Positions 13,294-25,335 of a DNA stretch of 64,000 nucleotides are shown here, piece by piece. A model generated the notes under the pieces. That model ran no database searches. It saw only the letters and a list, made by a program, of their open reading frames with translations, and was not told the DNA's origin. Made by a program: the position numbers and the translations under genes. This stretch comes from Octopus vulgaris (lineage: Eukaryota), in the NCBI GenBank assembly GCA_951406725.2, contig OX597821.1, positions 26,970,001-27,034,000 of the forward strand, read 5' to 3'. Position 1 is the first letter of the stretch; every line of letters begins with the position of its first letter.

Positions 13294-15120
13294 GATTGGA
13301 ACGCTGTTTTAGAGGGACATTTCCATTGCGTAGGAGTATCTGATATGAGAGTGGGGTGCAAAAGCCTCAAAAATCTGCTCAGACGTGTTCAATTGTCTGA
13401 CATGTACTGACCAGATTACCTTAACGTGTCAATGTGGACTTTGACAAACGGCATCAGGTCATCTAGATCGTATTTAGACAAGGTATCGTGTAGGCCTGCA
13501 GACAAAAATAGCATAGGGTGTCCACAATTTCACATGGTCGGCTGCACGGACAACAAATTTGTGATCTGTACTGTCGACTTTGATAGGCTTCATAGGCAGG
13601 ATCCCAGTTACTGTAAGCTGAACGCGCTGTTATCGGTGTGTCAAGATTACAGAGACCGAATTAGCGAATTAGCTGAGCGGGCGTTGACGGGTGCAGTTTT
13701 CAACAACTGGTGGTTTGCTCTTAAGCGGGTAATCAGAGTAGAATCATTTAGGTTTAGCAAGGTATTAGCGATAGAACGAAATAGGATAAAAGGAGATTTA
13801 ATTAGAAAGTTAGATGAGGTACTTAGGGCAGGTATGGCAACGGACGTGTTAGCGGCGACGTTGCCCCACGACCAATTTTTTCGACGACAAACACGACGGC
13901 TGCATTGTCAAAGCTAGGGCTTGTTCACTAAGAGGGGAGGGAGGGAACGAAAGCGTGAAGATTGGCCCACGTGGTGGAGGCAAAAATTGGCAATAAAGCC
14001 GCCATACTGTCGTTAGTGAACCAGAACGAATGCGAGGTGTTTGAACCGAAACAGATATCTGCGGCGTTTCAGCGGCTATTTGTGGCACTGTTCGGGACGA
14101 GTGGTAGGACGGATAACAGGGCAGACTTCGGTGTGTACCTGGACATACTCCTACGACTCTCGGTGAGCGAGTCGGAGTGCTGCTAAAGGCTAATAACAAC
14201 CGCAGAGATACAGGAAGCGATGAAGAGTTGCACGAGAGGTAGATCGGCAGGTTTTGATGGTCTGCCTACAAGCTTTATACTTCAATGCCAGATTTGTTTG
14301 CAGGCCTCTTAGCAGGTGTTTACTGCAACTGGCAGCAGATTAAGAGAATTCCCACTTTTGTCTGTCGAGGGGCGGTGGCACTGCTGAGAAAAGACCCAAA
14401 CAAGAGGGACGTTATAGAGAATTTCAGGACCATCACTCTGCTTAATGCAGAGTTGAAGGCTTCGGCGAAGGTGTTACCGAACAGATTGGTGCTTGTCGTG
14501 GACGAGCTGGTTGCCGAGGCAGAAACCTACGCCGTCCCAACCAGGACTGTTCACGATAACCTCTGTTATGCGCTACATCCTAACAAGGACAGGTAATCAA
14601 GCTGGCATGTATGGGGCTCTGATAAATTTAGATCAATCTAAATCCTTTGATAGGGTCGATCATCAATACTCGGCAGCTCTCCTCAAGGCAACCAGTTTCG
14701 GTCCAGTTTTCCGCGGTTGGATCTCGGCTTCGTACGGCAGAATCTACTCGGCTGTTCGGGTGAATGGTCACCTGTCGGAGCCATGCACTATCATGCCTTG
14801 GGTACGTCAAGGATGCTCTCTCTCCACCCTTCTGTATGTACTGACTCTTGGGCCATTACTGCGGAAGTTGGAGGCTTTCATGGGTGTCCCTCGTGATCCA
14901 GGATGTGGGGGAAGTTTGTCTGCTGACAGTGATGATATCACCGTCATAATGTCGATCCACTAGCAAATAAACCTGGTTGTCGACACACTACAACAATATG
15001 AAGCCGTTTCAGGAGCAAAAATTAACACGGATAAGTCATCGAGCTTGCAGCACGCATCCTGGAGAGGCAACTTCATGCCATGTAACAGCATGGTGTGGCG
15101 CTGGACAGACGGGGAGACTC
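13014..15120 (+). mobile_element. 5'- and 3'-truncated Tx1/L1-clade non-LTR retrotransposon (APE endonuclease + RT), inactivated
   Basis: VLVGDWNAVL, RSYLDKV, TDNK, PSYCKLNALL (APE domain); ENFRTITLLNAELK, LDQSKSFDRVDH, VRQGCSLSTLLY, DSDDITV, YEAVSGAKINTDKS (RT); several stops and frameshifts. Confidence 0.9.
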
Positions 15121-15200
15121 TGGGCATCGATGAGGATCAACTAACTGGTCTGTTTCGGATAACTTTCTGACCTGGGTCTATTGATAACTTCCAGAATCTC

Positions 15201-15255
<55 letters not shown>

Positions 15256-15425
15256 CATCATTATTATCCTTATTGTTGTTGTTGTTATTATTATTGTTGT
15301 TGTTGTTGTTATGTTTGTTGTTGTTCTTGTTGTTGCCATCGTCTACGTGAACGTTGTCGTCGTCGTCGTCGTCCTCCTCCTGCTTCTCCTCCTCCTCATC
15401 ATCATCGATATTATAATTATTATTA
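15201..15425. repeat. Compound trinucleotide microsatellite (TTA/TTG/TCG/TCC)
   Basis: Seen directly. Confidence 0.95.
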
Positions 15426-15586
15426 CATTTGTGTTTCAAAAATACCCCAAGAGATTACTCTCGTTTACATGTAGACCCTGTAACAGAAATGCCGAAGGCC
15501 ACGAAGCCTGAAGAATTACAATAATACTATTCACTCCTCTTAGCTCTGTTATTTTGTTGAGCTTTAATTCTTACTACAACGCTGGT

Positions 15587-15736
15587 TCAAGGTGGTGTAT
15601 TTGTGCCATTGATAAAGTGGTGAACTGATTGCTTTGCAGTATTTATTTCAATTCTTTCACATCTTTCAGATCTTTCAGTTATGTGTTTCCCAGTAGGTTT
15701 GACGAATTCATCTGCATCTGTTTTAAAAATAGCGTC
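15587..15736 (-). CDS. Candidate terminal coding exon (DAIFKTDADEFVKP...TNTPP*)
   Basis: Long polypyrimidine tract plus TTTCAG acceptor ending at 15737; phase 0 is open for 49 codons while the other phases stop early; ATTAAA about 20 nt after the stop. Confidence 0.4.
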   Translation of the reverse strand, partial: DAIFKTDADEFVKPTGKHITERSERCERIEINTAKQSVHHFINGTNTPP

Positions 15737-15889
15737 CTGAAAAAAATACGAAATGAAGGCAAAAAAAAAACAAAACACTTTTGCATTTACACATGAAAAT
15801 CCATGAGAGGGAAATAGCGTTTTCGGAGATGTTGCCAGGAGTCGTTTGTCGAGTCGTTGATACCGGAACAGAGACAGAATCTATATCAC

Positions 15890-16125
15890 CCCAAGGCGGC
15901 GAGCTGGCAGAAACATTAGCACGCCGGGCGAAATGCTTAGCTGTATTTCGTCTGCCGCTACGTTCTGAGTTCAAATTTCGCCGAGGTCAACTTTGCCTTT
16001 CATCCTTTCGGGGACGATTAAATAAGTACCAGTTACGCTCAGGGGTCGATATAATCGACTTAATCCATGTGTCTGTCCTTGTTTGTCCCCTCTGTGTTTA
16101 GCCCCTTGTGGGTAGTAAAGAAATA
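15890..16125 (+). mobile_element. SINE family A, full length, tail type 2 (GCCCCTTGTGGGTAGTAAAGAAATA)
   Basis: Perfect 14-bp TSD AGAATCTATATCAC at 15876-15889 and 16126-16139. Confidence 0.93.
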
Positions 16126-16367
16126 AGAATCTATATCACACATACTATACCGTATACTAACATATATGTTGTCTTGATACATATTATAGAAATGCAGTGT
16201 ACTTGGTTTGACATTAGTTTTGTTATAAAATCTGTAGTGTTTATAAAGCAGTCGGTTAAATTTATGTGACTAGTGATTATCGATTTGAAACATTTTTTTT
16301 TTACACCGAAATTGATTTTATGCAACGTGGAAAATTTTCAAGATAAAGAATTAATATTTCAAGTTAC

Positions 16368-16571
16368 CGATGCCGAAACCTCATTTATTGGTGCTTGTAC
16401 CGGTGTTTTTTTTCTGGCCTTACTGTCTTTAATCAATGCATGTTTTATAGTTCTCTCCGTTGAATTTATAGTCATTATACAAATCGTTGCCATCATCATG
16501 ATAACGATGATGATGATCAAAAGCGCCGGCAACAGCAGCATATTCAAGCATGTAATGTTTTCTGTCATTGA
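16368..16571 (-). CDS. Candidate 204-bp phase 0-0 exon encoding a transmembrane helix followed by a basic segment
   Basis: TTTCTGTAG acceptor, TCG|GTAACT donor; SMTENITCLNMLLLPALLIIIIVIMMMATICIM..KDSKARKK; joins in frame to 15736-15587. Confidence 0.4.
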
Positions 16572-16869
16572 CTACAGAAATATGTCATAAGTTCATTCCT
16601 CAAGTACACACATACAGCAATGTGTATTTGTATACAAAGATCGCAGAGCTGTGACTCTCGAGGCGCAAAACCGAATCTCAATATCAGTTTCAATGCAAAA
16701 AGAAACCAGCATATCCTTCCCTGTATGTATTCAGCACTATTTTCTCATCCATTTAACATGAAGCAACGTATACTTGTATCCTGTTTTTGTTATTATTATT
16801 ATCATTATTGTTTTTACGTATTTTTGTATTCTTATTCGTGTAACATCGTCCGTTTTTCCGTCCTTGTCT

Positions 16870-17065
16870 TGTATACATTCGAGGCCTTTTTCCAAGGAAT
16901 CTAATGCGCTTGGCCAGATCGGAGCAATCTCAAGATTAATCAGCCGAAAGTGCGAGGATGATCCAGTTCTTGACTGAAGATTGAAAGCTTCGAATGTCCC
17001 GTCCGTGTATTTTGTATCGTCTTCTAAATGTTTTGCGTTCTTGTCTCAGTTTGTATTTTTTTACA
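16870..17065 (+). mobile_element. Short (TA)n-associated repeat, homologous to 23365-23615
   Basis: Shared TTCCAAGGArTCTA, CAGAT..GAGCArTCTCAA, CCGAAA.TGC, GACTGArGAT, TTTTGTATCGTCT. Confidence 0.7.
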
Positions 17066-17071
17066 CACACC

Positions 17072-17136
<65 letters not shown>

Positions 17137-17306
17137 TTATATATTCGACGGGCTTCTTTTAGATTCCATCTACCAAATCCACTCATAAGACTTTGGTCAA
17201 GCTAGGCTATAGTGGAAAACTCCTGCCCAAGGTGTCATAGTGTGGACTGGACCCAAATCCATTTGGTTGGGAACCTAACTTCTTACCATACAGGCATGCT
17301 CGCGCC
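17066..17306 (-). mobile_element. SINE family B, 5' half, diverged
   Basis: CTACCAAATCCACTCATAAG..TGCCCAAGGTG..CTTACCATACAG..GCGCC. Confidence 0.8.
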
Positions 17307-18319
17307 TATATATATATATATATATATATATATCGGATCATTAGTATATATATTTAAAAGAAAAGGTGTTTCTCTTTATGTTCTGTTACGCATGCCCAGT
17401 GATACACATTAACCGGTTATAGCATTTTCCAGACCGGAGAACATGTTTATGCGCATGTACGAAAACAAAAATTATATAAGACATCTAAAAATATTTATTG
17501 CATAGTGTTTACTCGGCAGAATTATGATGTAATCACCTGCTAAAAGCCTTCATAACTTTTTAATTTTTACGAAGCTTTACAGAAGTTTTCCCATTGTCTT
17601 CTGCATAATGGAATTGATATGATTATGCAAAAGAAAAGCTTTTTAAAAAATTCCCAACCCTTCAATTTTTTTTTTTATATTCATGGTTTTACATTACGGA
17701 CAGTCCGGATCTACCATTCGTTTCTCGTTATAATTTCTAACTAATTTTAAAAAAAATTCTTCAAAATCAAAATTGCGCAAATATGTGTGCAAGAAACAGT
17801 AGTTAAAAATTGAAGAAGTAGATTTTTGGGAGTTCTCTTACTATGACAGGACTTTATTCCATTATTCTAATATCTTCTGAAGCTTAGACATATACATGTA
17901 TAAATGCATATAGAAACATATGTAAATATATACACACACACATACATTTTTACAGAGTGAGTTTTATACAACATCTTGAGATATATATATATAGATAGAT
18001 AGATATTTCGGCATATCTACACAATTGTGCAACCAAAGATTTGCTTCTTCGTAGCTTTGAGAAAACTAAATATTTCTCGATGAAATTTTCCACAAATACT
18101 CTTCAGATCGTGTAGATTCCGTTTAAATTGGAATTCGTTTCGAAACCGTCTGTCCCTAAAGGAATTTTAGAAAATTCACACCATTAGGCTTCGTTGTTTA
18201 TATATATTTATATGTGTGGATGTATATTTACGTGGTGTGTACGTATTGTTTTAATTATATTTTTATACATGCAGATACACACATAAAAAACTGACACAAC
18301 TTCGGTCACGACGATCACA

Positions 18320-18470
18320 AGTACTCAAAACATCTTCACTTCTCTTCCCACTTCATTTTTCGTCTTAAAAAGGAGGCTTTCGTCTACTTGGACTATAGGC
18401 TATACCACTGTATGGCTGTCTGTCTGATAATATTGTTGATGGCCATGGAGCATGTCGCCAGCATTTCACT
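18320..18470 (-). pseudogene. Possible Merlin/IS1595-like transposase remnant
   Basis: Minus strand reads IVQVDESLLFKTKNEVGR, resembling the Merlin first catalytic motif (V.IDES.F.KRKY..GR). One short motif only. Confidence 0.45.
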
Positions 18471-19202
18471 TATAAATGTGAAAAAGTGTATTAAAATTTA
18501 TGAAAAAGTGTATTAAAAAATTGTTTGGAAATAATAAAGTGAAACGAATGTTAGATTCGGACAGTTGGAAAAAAATTATGTGGGTTTGGGGCGGGTGACC
18601 GATCATTACCATAGATTGATACCGTAATAATCTTTTCGTGAAATATTCAGTAAATGTTATATATATATACATTAGATCATTTTCCTAACTGCCTACATTA
18701 AATGTTTAATGCCAGTAGCACAAAAATCTACATGATAGGCTGTCTCAGTTAACAATTCTTTATTTCAAGGACTTCTTTTTTTGCTTTATAATGAGATCAT
18801 AACAAAATAATTTAAAAAGAAAAAGGATATTTATTGACTGTTTTTAAACATGAAAAGACAAAATTGTAGATTTAAAAATAAAAAGCATTGCTTGCCAGAG
18901 AAGATATTCACATAGTGTGTTGGCGTTTTGTTTCATCTATTGGTATGAGAGAATAACATAATACCAAGCGATGTCTAGACAGAGAATCAAACATACGCAA
19001 ACACTCCAATTAAGAAGATTTCGAGAATATACAAGTCAATGTTTTTCTATATGGACGGGATTTTACAACTGAATTTCTACGTTTTCTGCACGTATTTATG
19101 TATATACTTGATGGTTATGGCTATTGATTTTGAAGAGTCGAGCATCGTGATCTCTGGTCACCTTGTAAGAAAACTCTAAATTTTAAGTGTCCATAATCCG
19201 TG

Positions 19203-19695
19203 GAGGTACGTGGATTAGTGATTGGGGTGTTGGATGCATGGTCGTAAGATTATGGTTTTGATTACTGGACCGGAGGACGCGTTGGGATCTTGAGCAAAAC
19301 ACTTCATTTTGACTTGCTCCAGTCCACGCAGATGATAAGAAAAACTAATACTGCGAATTACGAGCTTCTCGTCCAGATTGAGATTATATAAACTAAGGAA
19401 ACCCGAAGGCAGTGAGCTGGCAGAAACATTAGCACGCCGGGCGAAACGCGTAGCCGTATTTCGTCAGCCGTTATGTTCTGAGTTCAAATTCCGCCGAGGT
19501 CGACTTTGCCTTTCATCCTTTCGGGGTCGATAATTAAGTACCAGTTACGCACTGGGGTCGATCTAATCGACTTAATCCGTTTGTCTGTCCTTGTTTGTCC
19601 CCTCTGTGTTTAACCCCTTGTGGGTAGTAAAGAAATATATATAAACACGGAAAACCGGTCCTATGAAATTATATGGCTCGGAAAGGATCTTTATC
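19203..19695 (+). mobile_element. Old family-C-related SINE interrupted by a family-A SINE
   Basis: Head GGAGGTACGTGGATTAGTG at 19202; tail GGAAAACCGGTCCTATGA..ATGGCTCG after 19640 matches the tail of the 44690 copy. Confidence 0.6.
19406..19637 (+). mobile_element. SINE family A, full length, tail type 2
   Basis: Close match to 15893-16125; degenerate flanking duplication TATATAAAC..GGAAA.CC. Confidence 0.9.
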
Positions 19696-19761
19696 ATATT
19701 TTCTTTACTCTGTAAACTTGAGTTCTTTGTTATTGCAGTTATAGACATACATATGTATATA

Positions 19762-19793
<32 letters not shown>

Positions 19794-19796
19794 AGA

Positions 19797-20002
19797 TTCA
19801 AAATGTGACCGCGTGTGTACCGTTGGCGATTCTTTTCATCTGTCTTACCTTCTCTGGATCTTTCCTTCTCCTATGTTTCCGACGTAGAGCTCCGCTCGAA
19901 ACGTTAAACCCTCCTTCTTTCCTTCTTTCTTGAGCGTCCAATAATACTATATTTGTTCCACGTCCTCACGTTGTTGTTTTTTTTGTGCTTTCATGTTTGG
20001 AT

Positions 20003-20008
<6 letters not shown>
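19797..20008 (+). mobile_element. ~210-bp (TA)n-embedded element carrying a minimal hammerhead-like motif (Penelope terminal-repeat type)
   Basis: Flanked by (TA)n on both sides; about 90% similar by eye to 36172-36388. Confidence 0.85.
19875..19909 (+). ncRNA. Minimal type I hammerhead-like motif (non-canonical core)
   Basis: GTTT-CCGACGT-A-GAGC-TCC-GCTC-GAAA-CG-TT-AAAC: stem I GTTT/AAAC, stem II GAGC/GCTC, palindromic AACGTT stem III. Confidence 0.6.
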
Positions 20009-20051
<43 letters not shown>

Positions 20052-21017
20052 AAATTAAGGTTGCTATTTATTCCCACGCATAATATTCACAGCTTTATCT
20101 CTAATTCAGTTCTTGACTAAATTGAAAACTTTTAATATTTTTAAAGAGGGCTGGTCTCTAGCTACAGTTTCGCATAACAACATTGAGATTTGGTCCGGTA
20201 GAAAAAAGTTTACATCAAAATTTGTAGCAAAGTTATAGGAAAGTAAGTAAGTAGATGTAAAGAACGTTTTTTTTTTTAATCTTAAAAGCAAAATACATTT
20301 ATCTTAGCTTCAATGATAGAAGAGAGCATGCTTTCATAGTTAAAATCCCATGCAACAAAAATTTGTATCAAAATGCTGAGGTAAAATATCATGAAAATTA
20401 ATAAGGCAGAAAATTGGATTTAAGTATAATTAACTTTTTCATTTTAAAAACAAACTATTTTAGTTAAGCTTAAATGAGCGAGAACAATTCCAGGAATTTG
20501 ATGGTATCAATCTCATGCAATGACGTTTTAAAAGAAAAAAAGTTTTATGAGTATCTGTTTCTCAAATTTGAAGGTAATAATATTGTTATATACTTTTTTT
20601 ATGAATATAGTTCTATAAGGGGACTTTTAGTATATATTACCGGGATCATTGAGGTAAGGAAAAAATTATCAATGACACCGCTAATTTGCAATTAATTTAA
20701 TTACGATATCTGTGCTAAGTAATGCAATCGTATCATAAAAATGAAAAAAGATATAAATATCATTGAGAAATTTCAGCAATAGCCTAGCTATTTTGGCAAT
20801 CATTCGCTTCAATTCGAAAGCGTGTGCGCGGCGGCTCAAATGTTACCTTTGGGCGTTCGGTAAATTCCATAAAAAAAAATGTATTTATTTATTTTTGTGA
20901 GCGGAAATGTACATTTTGTTTGAAGTCAGCATAAAGTGAAAGAGAGAGGAAATGGACTTGGACGTATGTATGTTGATGAGGGATGCGAGACCGAAAGCGT
21001 GTTGTGCGTGTGTGTCT

Positions 21018-21087
<70 letters not shown>

Positions 21088-21216
21088 TAGCGTAAATATT
21101 ATGCAGCTACTTCTACATATATGCAAAACAAAAACTGTGATGAGAACACACACCTTCACTCAGCAACTGACTTTTCTCTCTACCTCACACGCGCACATAT
21201 AAAAAAAACATGCATC

Positions 21217-21382
21217 GGCGCAGGAGTGGCTGTGTGGTAAGTAGCTTGCTAACCAGCCACATAGTTTCGGGTTCAGTCCCACTGCGTGGCATCTTGGGCA
21301 AGTGTCTTCTGCTATTAGCCGCGGGTTGACCAATGCCTTGTGAGTGGATTTGGTAGACGGAAACTGAAAGAAGCCTGTCGTA

Positions 21383-21432
<50 letters not shown>

Positions 21433-21664
21433 GATATATGTGTGTATGTGTTTGTGTGTCTGTGTCTGTCCTCCTAGCATTGCTTGACAACCGATGTTGG
21501 TGTGTTTACGGCCCCGTCACTTAGCGGTTCGGCAAAAAGAGACCGATAGAATAAGTACTGGACTTACAAAGAATAAGTCCCGGGTTCGATTAGCTCGACT
21601 AAAGGTGGTGCTCCAGCATGGCCGCAGTCAAATGACTGAAACAAGTAAAAGAGAGTAAAGAGTA
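21217..21664 (+). mobile_element. SINE family B, full length
   Basis: Same head, core and tail as 11665-12072. Confidence 0.92.
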
Positions 21665-22179
21665 TACTTATGTATTTATGCATGTACGTATATACGACAA
21701 ATAATAGGTTTACGTATGTGTTTGTGCGCGTGTGTGACTGAGCCTAGCCATTTTACACATACATGGCAACACCTCTTTCTCGATCTCGTAGTCAATCACT
21801 CATACATGCACTCACTAAAAATTAGAGAAAAACTAAGTAAAAAATATTATGCTATCGCTCTCTCCCTCCACACACACACACATACACACAGAGCAAGACA
21901 CACCTTCTCTCTCTCTCTCTGTCTCTGTTAACACACCTCTCTCTCAGTCAAACACACACTTAAAATGATGCGAGAAAAAGTAAATAAACAAAATTTACGT
22001 TATTACTCTCCCTTTCTCTCTCCTTTCTCTTTTTTCCTCTCTGACAACACACACCTCTCTCTCACTCATAAAAGAGGCGAGGAAAAATAAATAAAGAAAT
22101 TCACGCTGTCACGCTCTCTCTCTCTCTCCCTCTCTCTCACACACACACACACTAACAAACACACACATCAACAACACAC

Positions 22180-22213
<34 letters not shown>

Positions 22214-22333
22214 GTACATACACACACAACACACATTAAATTTATTATTCAATTTCCAATAAGGTAAAATCTGAAATTATTAATTGGCACATTATTAATT
22301 AGCATTATAACATAGGCTGGAAAAAACATGGAT

Positions 22334-23109
22334 TACATGGAAAAATGCGAGCATGAAAAATAATATTCTTAAGATTATAAACTTGAAAATTACAGGGCAA
22401 ACTATTACACTTGGAAAAGTTCAAGAGAATTATTACATCTGGTAAAGAACAGAAAAAGAAAATTTTTACTAAATATATTACAGCTAAGGATAAAATTTGA
22501 ATATAAAAAATTGTTTGATTTTAATCTACAAAGTAACATTATAATTTAAAAAGGTACTATCATTTTCTTGTAATATCGACACATTAGAATGCTTTAAAAA
22601 TGAGAGTGAGAAGTACCAATGTAGCTAAATTTATATGCAAAGTAGAATAGTATATATGGTAGGCAAATTCATTATATAAAAAAATAGGCATTGGGTCAAG
22701 ATTAAAAGTGTGAAGACTTGGCAATAACTTAGGCGATAACTGAAGCAAATTTTTCTGTAAATTTGTTTTTATAGGTAGATTTTAATGCAATATATGTCTA
22801 ATTAAGGTACAAAAAAATATATTGAGTTATTTTTATTTTTATTAATAAAAGTAACAAGTAATAACAAATTGAAGTAATAACTTGTACTAAAATTTTAAAT
22901 TTTTATAAAACTAATATGTTCTAAATCTAAAGGTTTTATTTGAAATGTTATCTTTAGCTGTAATATTTTAAGTAAACATTTTATTGTTCTGTACTTAATG
23001 AGATACAATAAGTTGTCCTGAACTTTTCCAAATGTAATAAATTGTCCTGTACTTTTCCAGGTTTATAATCTTAAGAATACTACTTCTCTTGCTCGCATTT
23101 TCCCACGTG
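22334..23109. mobile_element. Non-autonomous DNA transposon (MITE-like) with ~105-bp TIRs
   Basis: 22334-22440 (ACATGGAAAAATGCGAGC..TATTCTTAAGATTATAAAC..GGAAAAGTTCA) is the diverged reverse complement of 23001-23109; right end is CACGTG; AT-rich non-coding interior. Confidence 0.8.
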
Positions 23110-23110
23110 T

Positions 23111-23169
<59 letters not shown>

Positions 23170-23296
23170 ACTAAGTGTGACTAAGGATGCCAAAGCACCT
23201 ACATTACTAGAAATGACTTAAATACTCTTAAAACATATGCTGAGAGGGGTCAGAACATAATATATATACACATGCATACATACATATATATGTGTG

Positions 23297-23364
<68 letters not shown>

Positions 23365-23367
<3 letters not shown>

Positions 23368-23612
23368 TTGTCTTCGTATACATTTGCTTTCTCTCTTCCA
23401 AGGAGTCTAGTCTCTTAGCTTACATTTTCTTGGGGCCGGTCAGATTAGAGCAGTCTCAAATATAGCCATCCGAAACTGCAAAGACGATCTGGAACTCGAC
23501 TGAGGATAAGAAGCCCCGAATGAGACATTCCTGTAATCTTCTTTCCTTTTTTGTATCGTCTGTCTGGATGTTTTGTTGTCGCCAGTTACATACTTGTTCC
23601 ATTTTTTGCTTT

Positions 23613-23615
<3 letters not shown>
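23365..23615 (+). mobile_element. Short microsatellite-embedded repeat, homologous to 16870-17065
   Basis: Between (TG)n and (TA)n; shared blocks listed for the 16870 copy. Confidence 0.7.
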
Positions 23616-23685
<70 letters not shown>

Positions 23686-24997
23686 GCTTAGCCGTCACTC
23701 GCAGGCTCATTTGATCATGAACAGATAGATACACTTTCGGTCCTTTCATTCTTGACGCAGCGTGTCATAGATGTGACAATTGGAGTGGTGAGGGAGCGGC
23801 AGATATCTGTTGCTACTTATTTTCAGTTGGATAGAGTGCAGTAACGTAAAATAAAATGACTTGCATTGCTTGCTCTAGGAATCGAATTCACGAACTTAGC
23901 TATCATATACACAATACTCCAAATCAGCGGCCATATGCTTTCACACACGTATCTTTGTAAAAAGTTATATAACTGCATTTGAATTACTTCTTGTTAAGTC
24001 AGCTTATCGTTTAGCCGGAAGAAAATCAATATCATATATCTCATGAGTACGACCTCTGTTTACAGATATTATTTAAACATGTCAAATACGAATATTACAG
24101 TCGCTAATGGCAAGTAACTGGCAGCATTTTGTAAACATATTCTTCGTTAGTAAATTCAATTTGTTAATAATATATTCTTTTATGATTGATATAATTTATG
24201 ATTTAAGAAACATACTTTTCTTCCAATATTCTTTCATTTCAGAACGTCTGTACTCTAAATGCAACCAACGAAAAGGACACATCTTGTATTAAGAAGTCGT
24301 ATACTTCTGTGTAAATTGTACAACTCATTGCTATTAGGATTGTTGCTGTTTTTTTTCTAGTTTTAGATCAGCTATGATCAAGTAGGTCTGTGATAAAAGG
24401 CTTTCTAATTGCAACCATCTCCTCTCTTTACATATACAGTACAAAGCATATTTTTTATCTATTGAGATCAGTTTCGCGTGTTTGATTTGAAGGCAATCTG
24501 GTTTCTATTTCTAGCAGATCTTTGCACCTTATAGAGACGTCCTCACGTCATTAACTTATGTACTGCCTGTATATTACAGACAAGTATTCAAGAGAAATAA
24601 TTTCTTTGAGAATTTATATTCTAGCTTCGATCAATTTAAATGCAGCTTTAGCTCCATCCTGTTATTGTGATATCAATATAGTTGATTGCATGTTTATAAA
24701 TCATCGATAATGTTGCATTAGTCCAATATGTAAAGTAACAAATTTGGGTCATGTTAAATTCTCGCAGCTGATTTGATCTAAAATGATACTGAAAGCCAAT
24801 TTTCAGTTTAGTCATGACAGAACTTGTTCCTAATTTATCTTTGAACTTGATTATATCTTACATTAAACGAATACATAGATATTCTATACTATCACCACGA
24901 TTCTCTCATAAAATATTCCAATCACCAAAGACATATATGACGCTGATTTTGTGAAGTTTGTTTACTTGAACTTTAAAATGAAATCTATTACACAAAA

Positions 24998-25286
24998 CAT
25001 GCAGCGGCTATCAAATGTTGCTACGCATCGCTGGTCACAATGCGCTAAGCATTGTTTTAGCCTTCAAATGACACCATCCCGTTGGCTAAGCGAGCAGGTC
25101 AACAGAAGAAAGAGTGAGAGAAAGTTGTGGCGAAAGAGTGCAGCAGGGATCACCACCACCCCCTGCCGGAACCTCGTGGAGCTTTGGGTTTTTTCGCTCA
25201 ATAAACAATCGCAACACCCGGTCTGGGAATCGAAACCGTGAACCTACGACCGCGAGTCCGTTGCCCTAACCACTGGGCCATTGCGC

Positions 25287-25289
<3 letters not shown>
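24998..25289 (-). mobile_element. tRNA-derived SINE family C
   Basis: Reverse complement GAGGCGCAATGGCCCAGTGGTTAGGG..GGTTTCGATTCCCAGACCGGG (A/B boxes); body shared with 44780-44968 and 58337-58510. Confidence 0.85.

Positions 25290-25335
<46 letters not shown>

Noticed and set aside
15137-15200. RFWKLSIDPGQKVIRNRP as a tiny R4/Dong RLE fragment beside (TTA)n
   Set aside because: Resembles ILWD..I.TD....NRPD but is too short to call.
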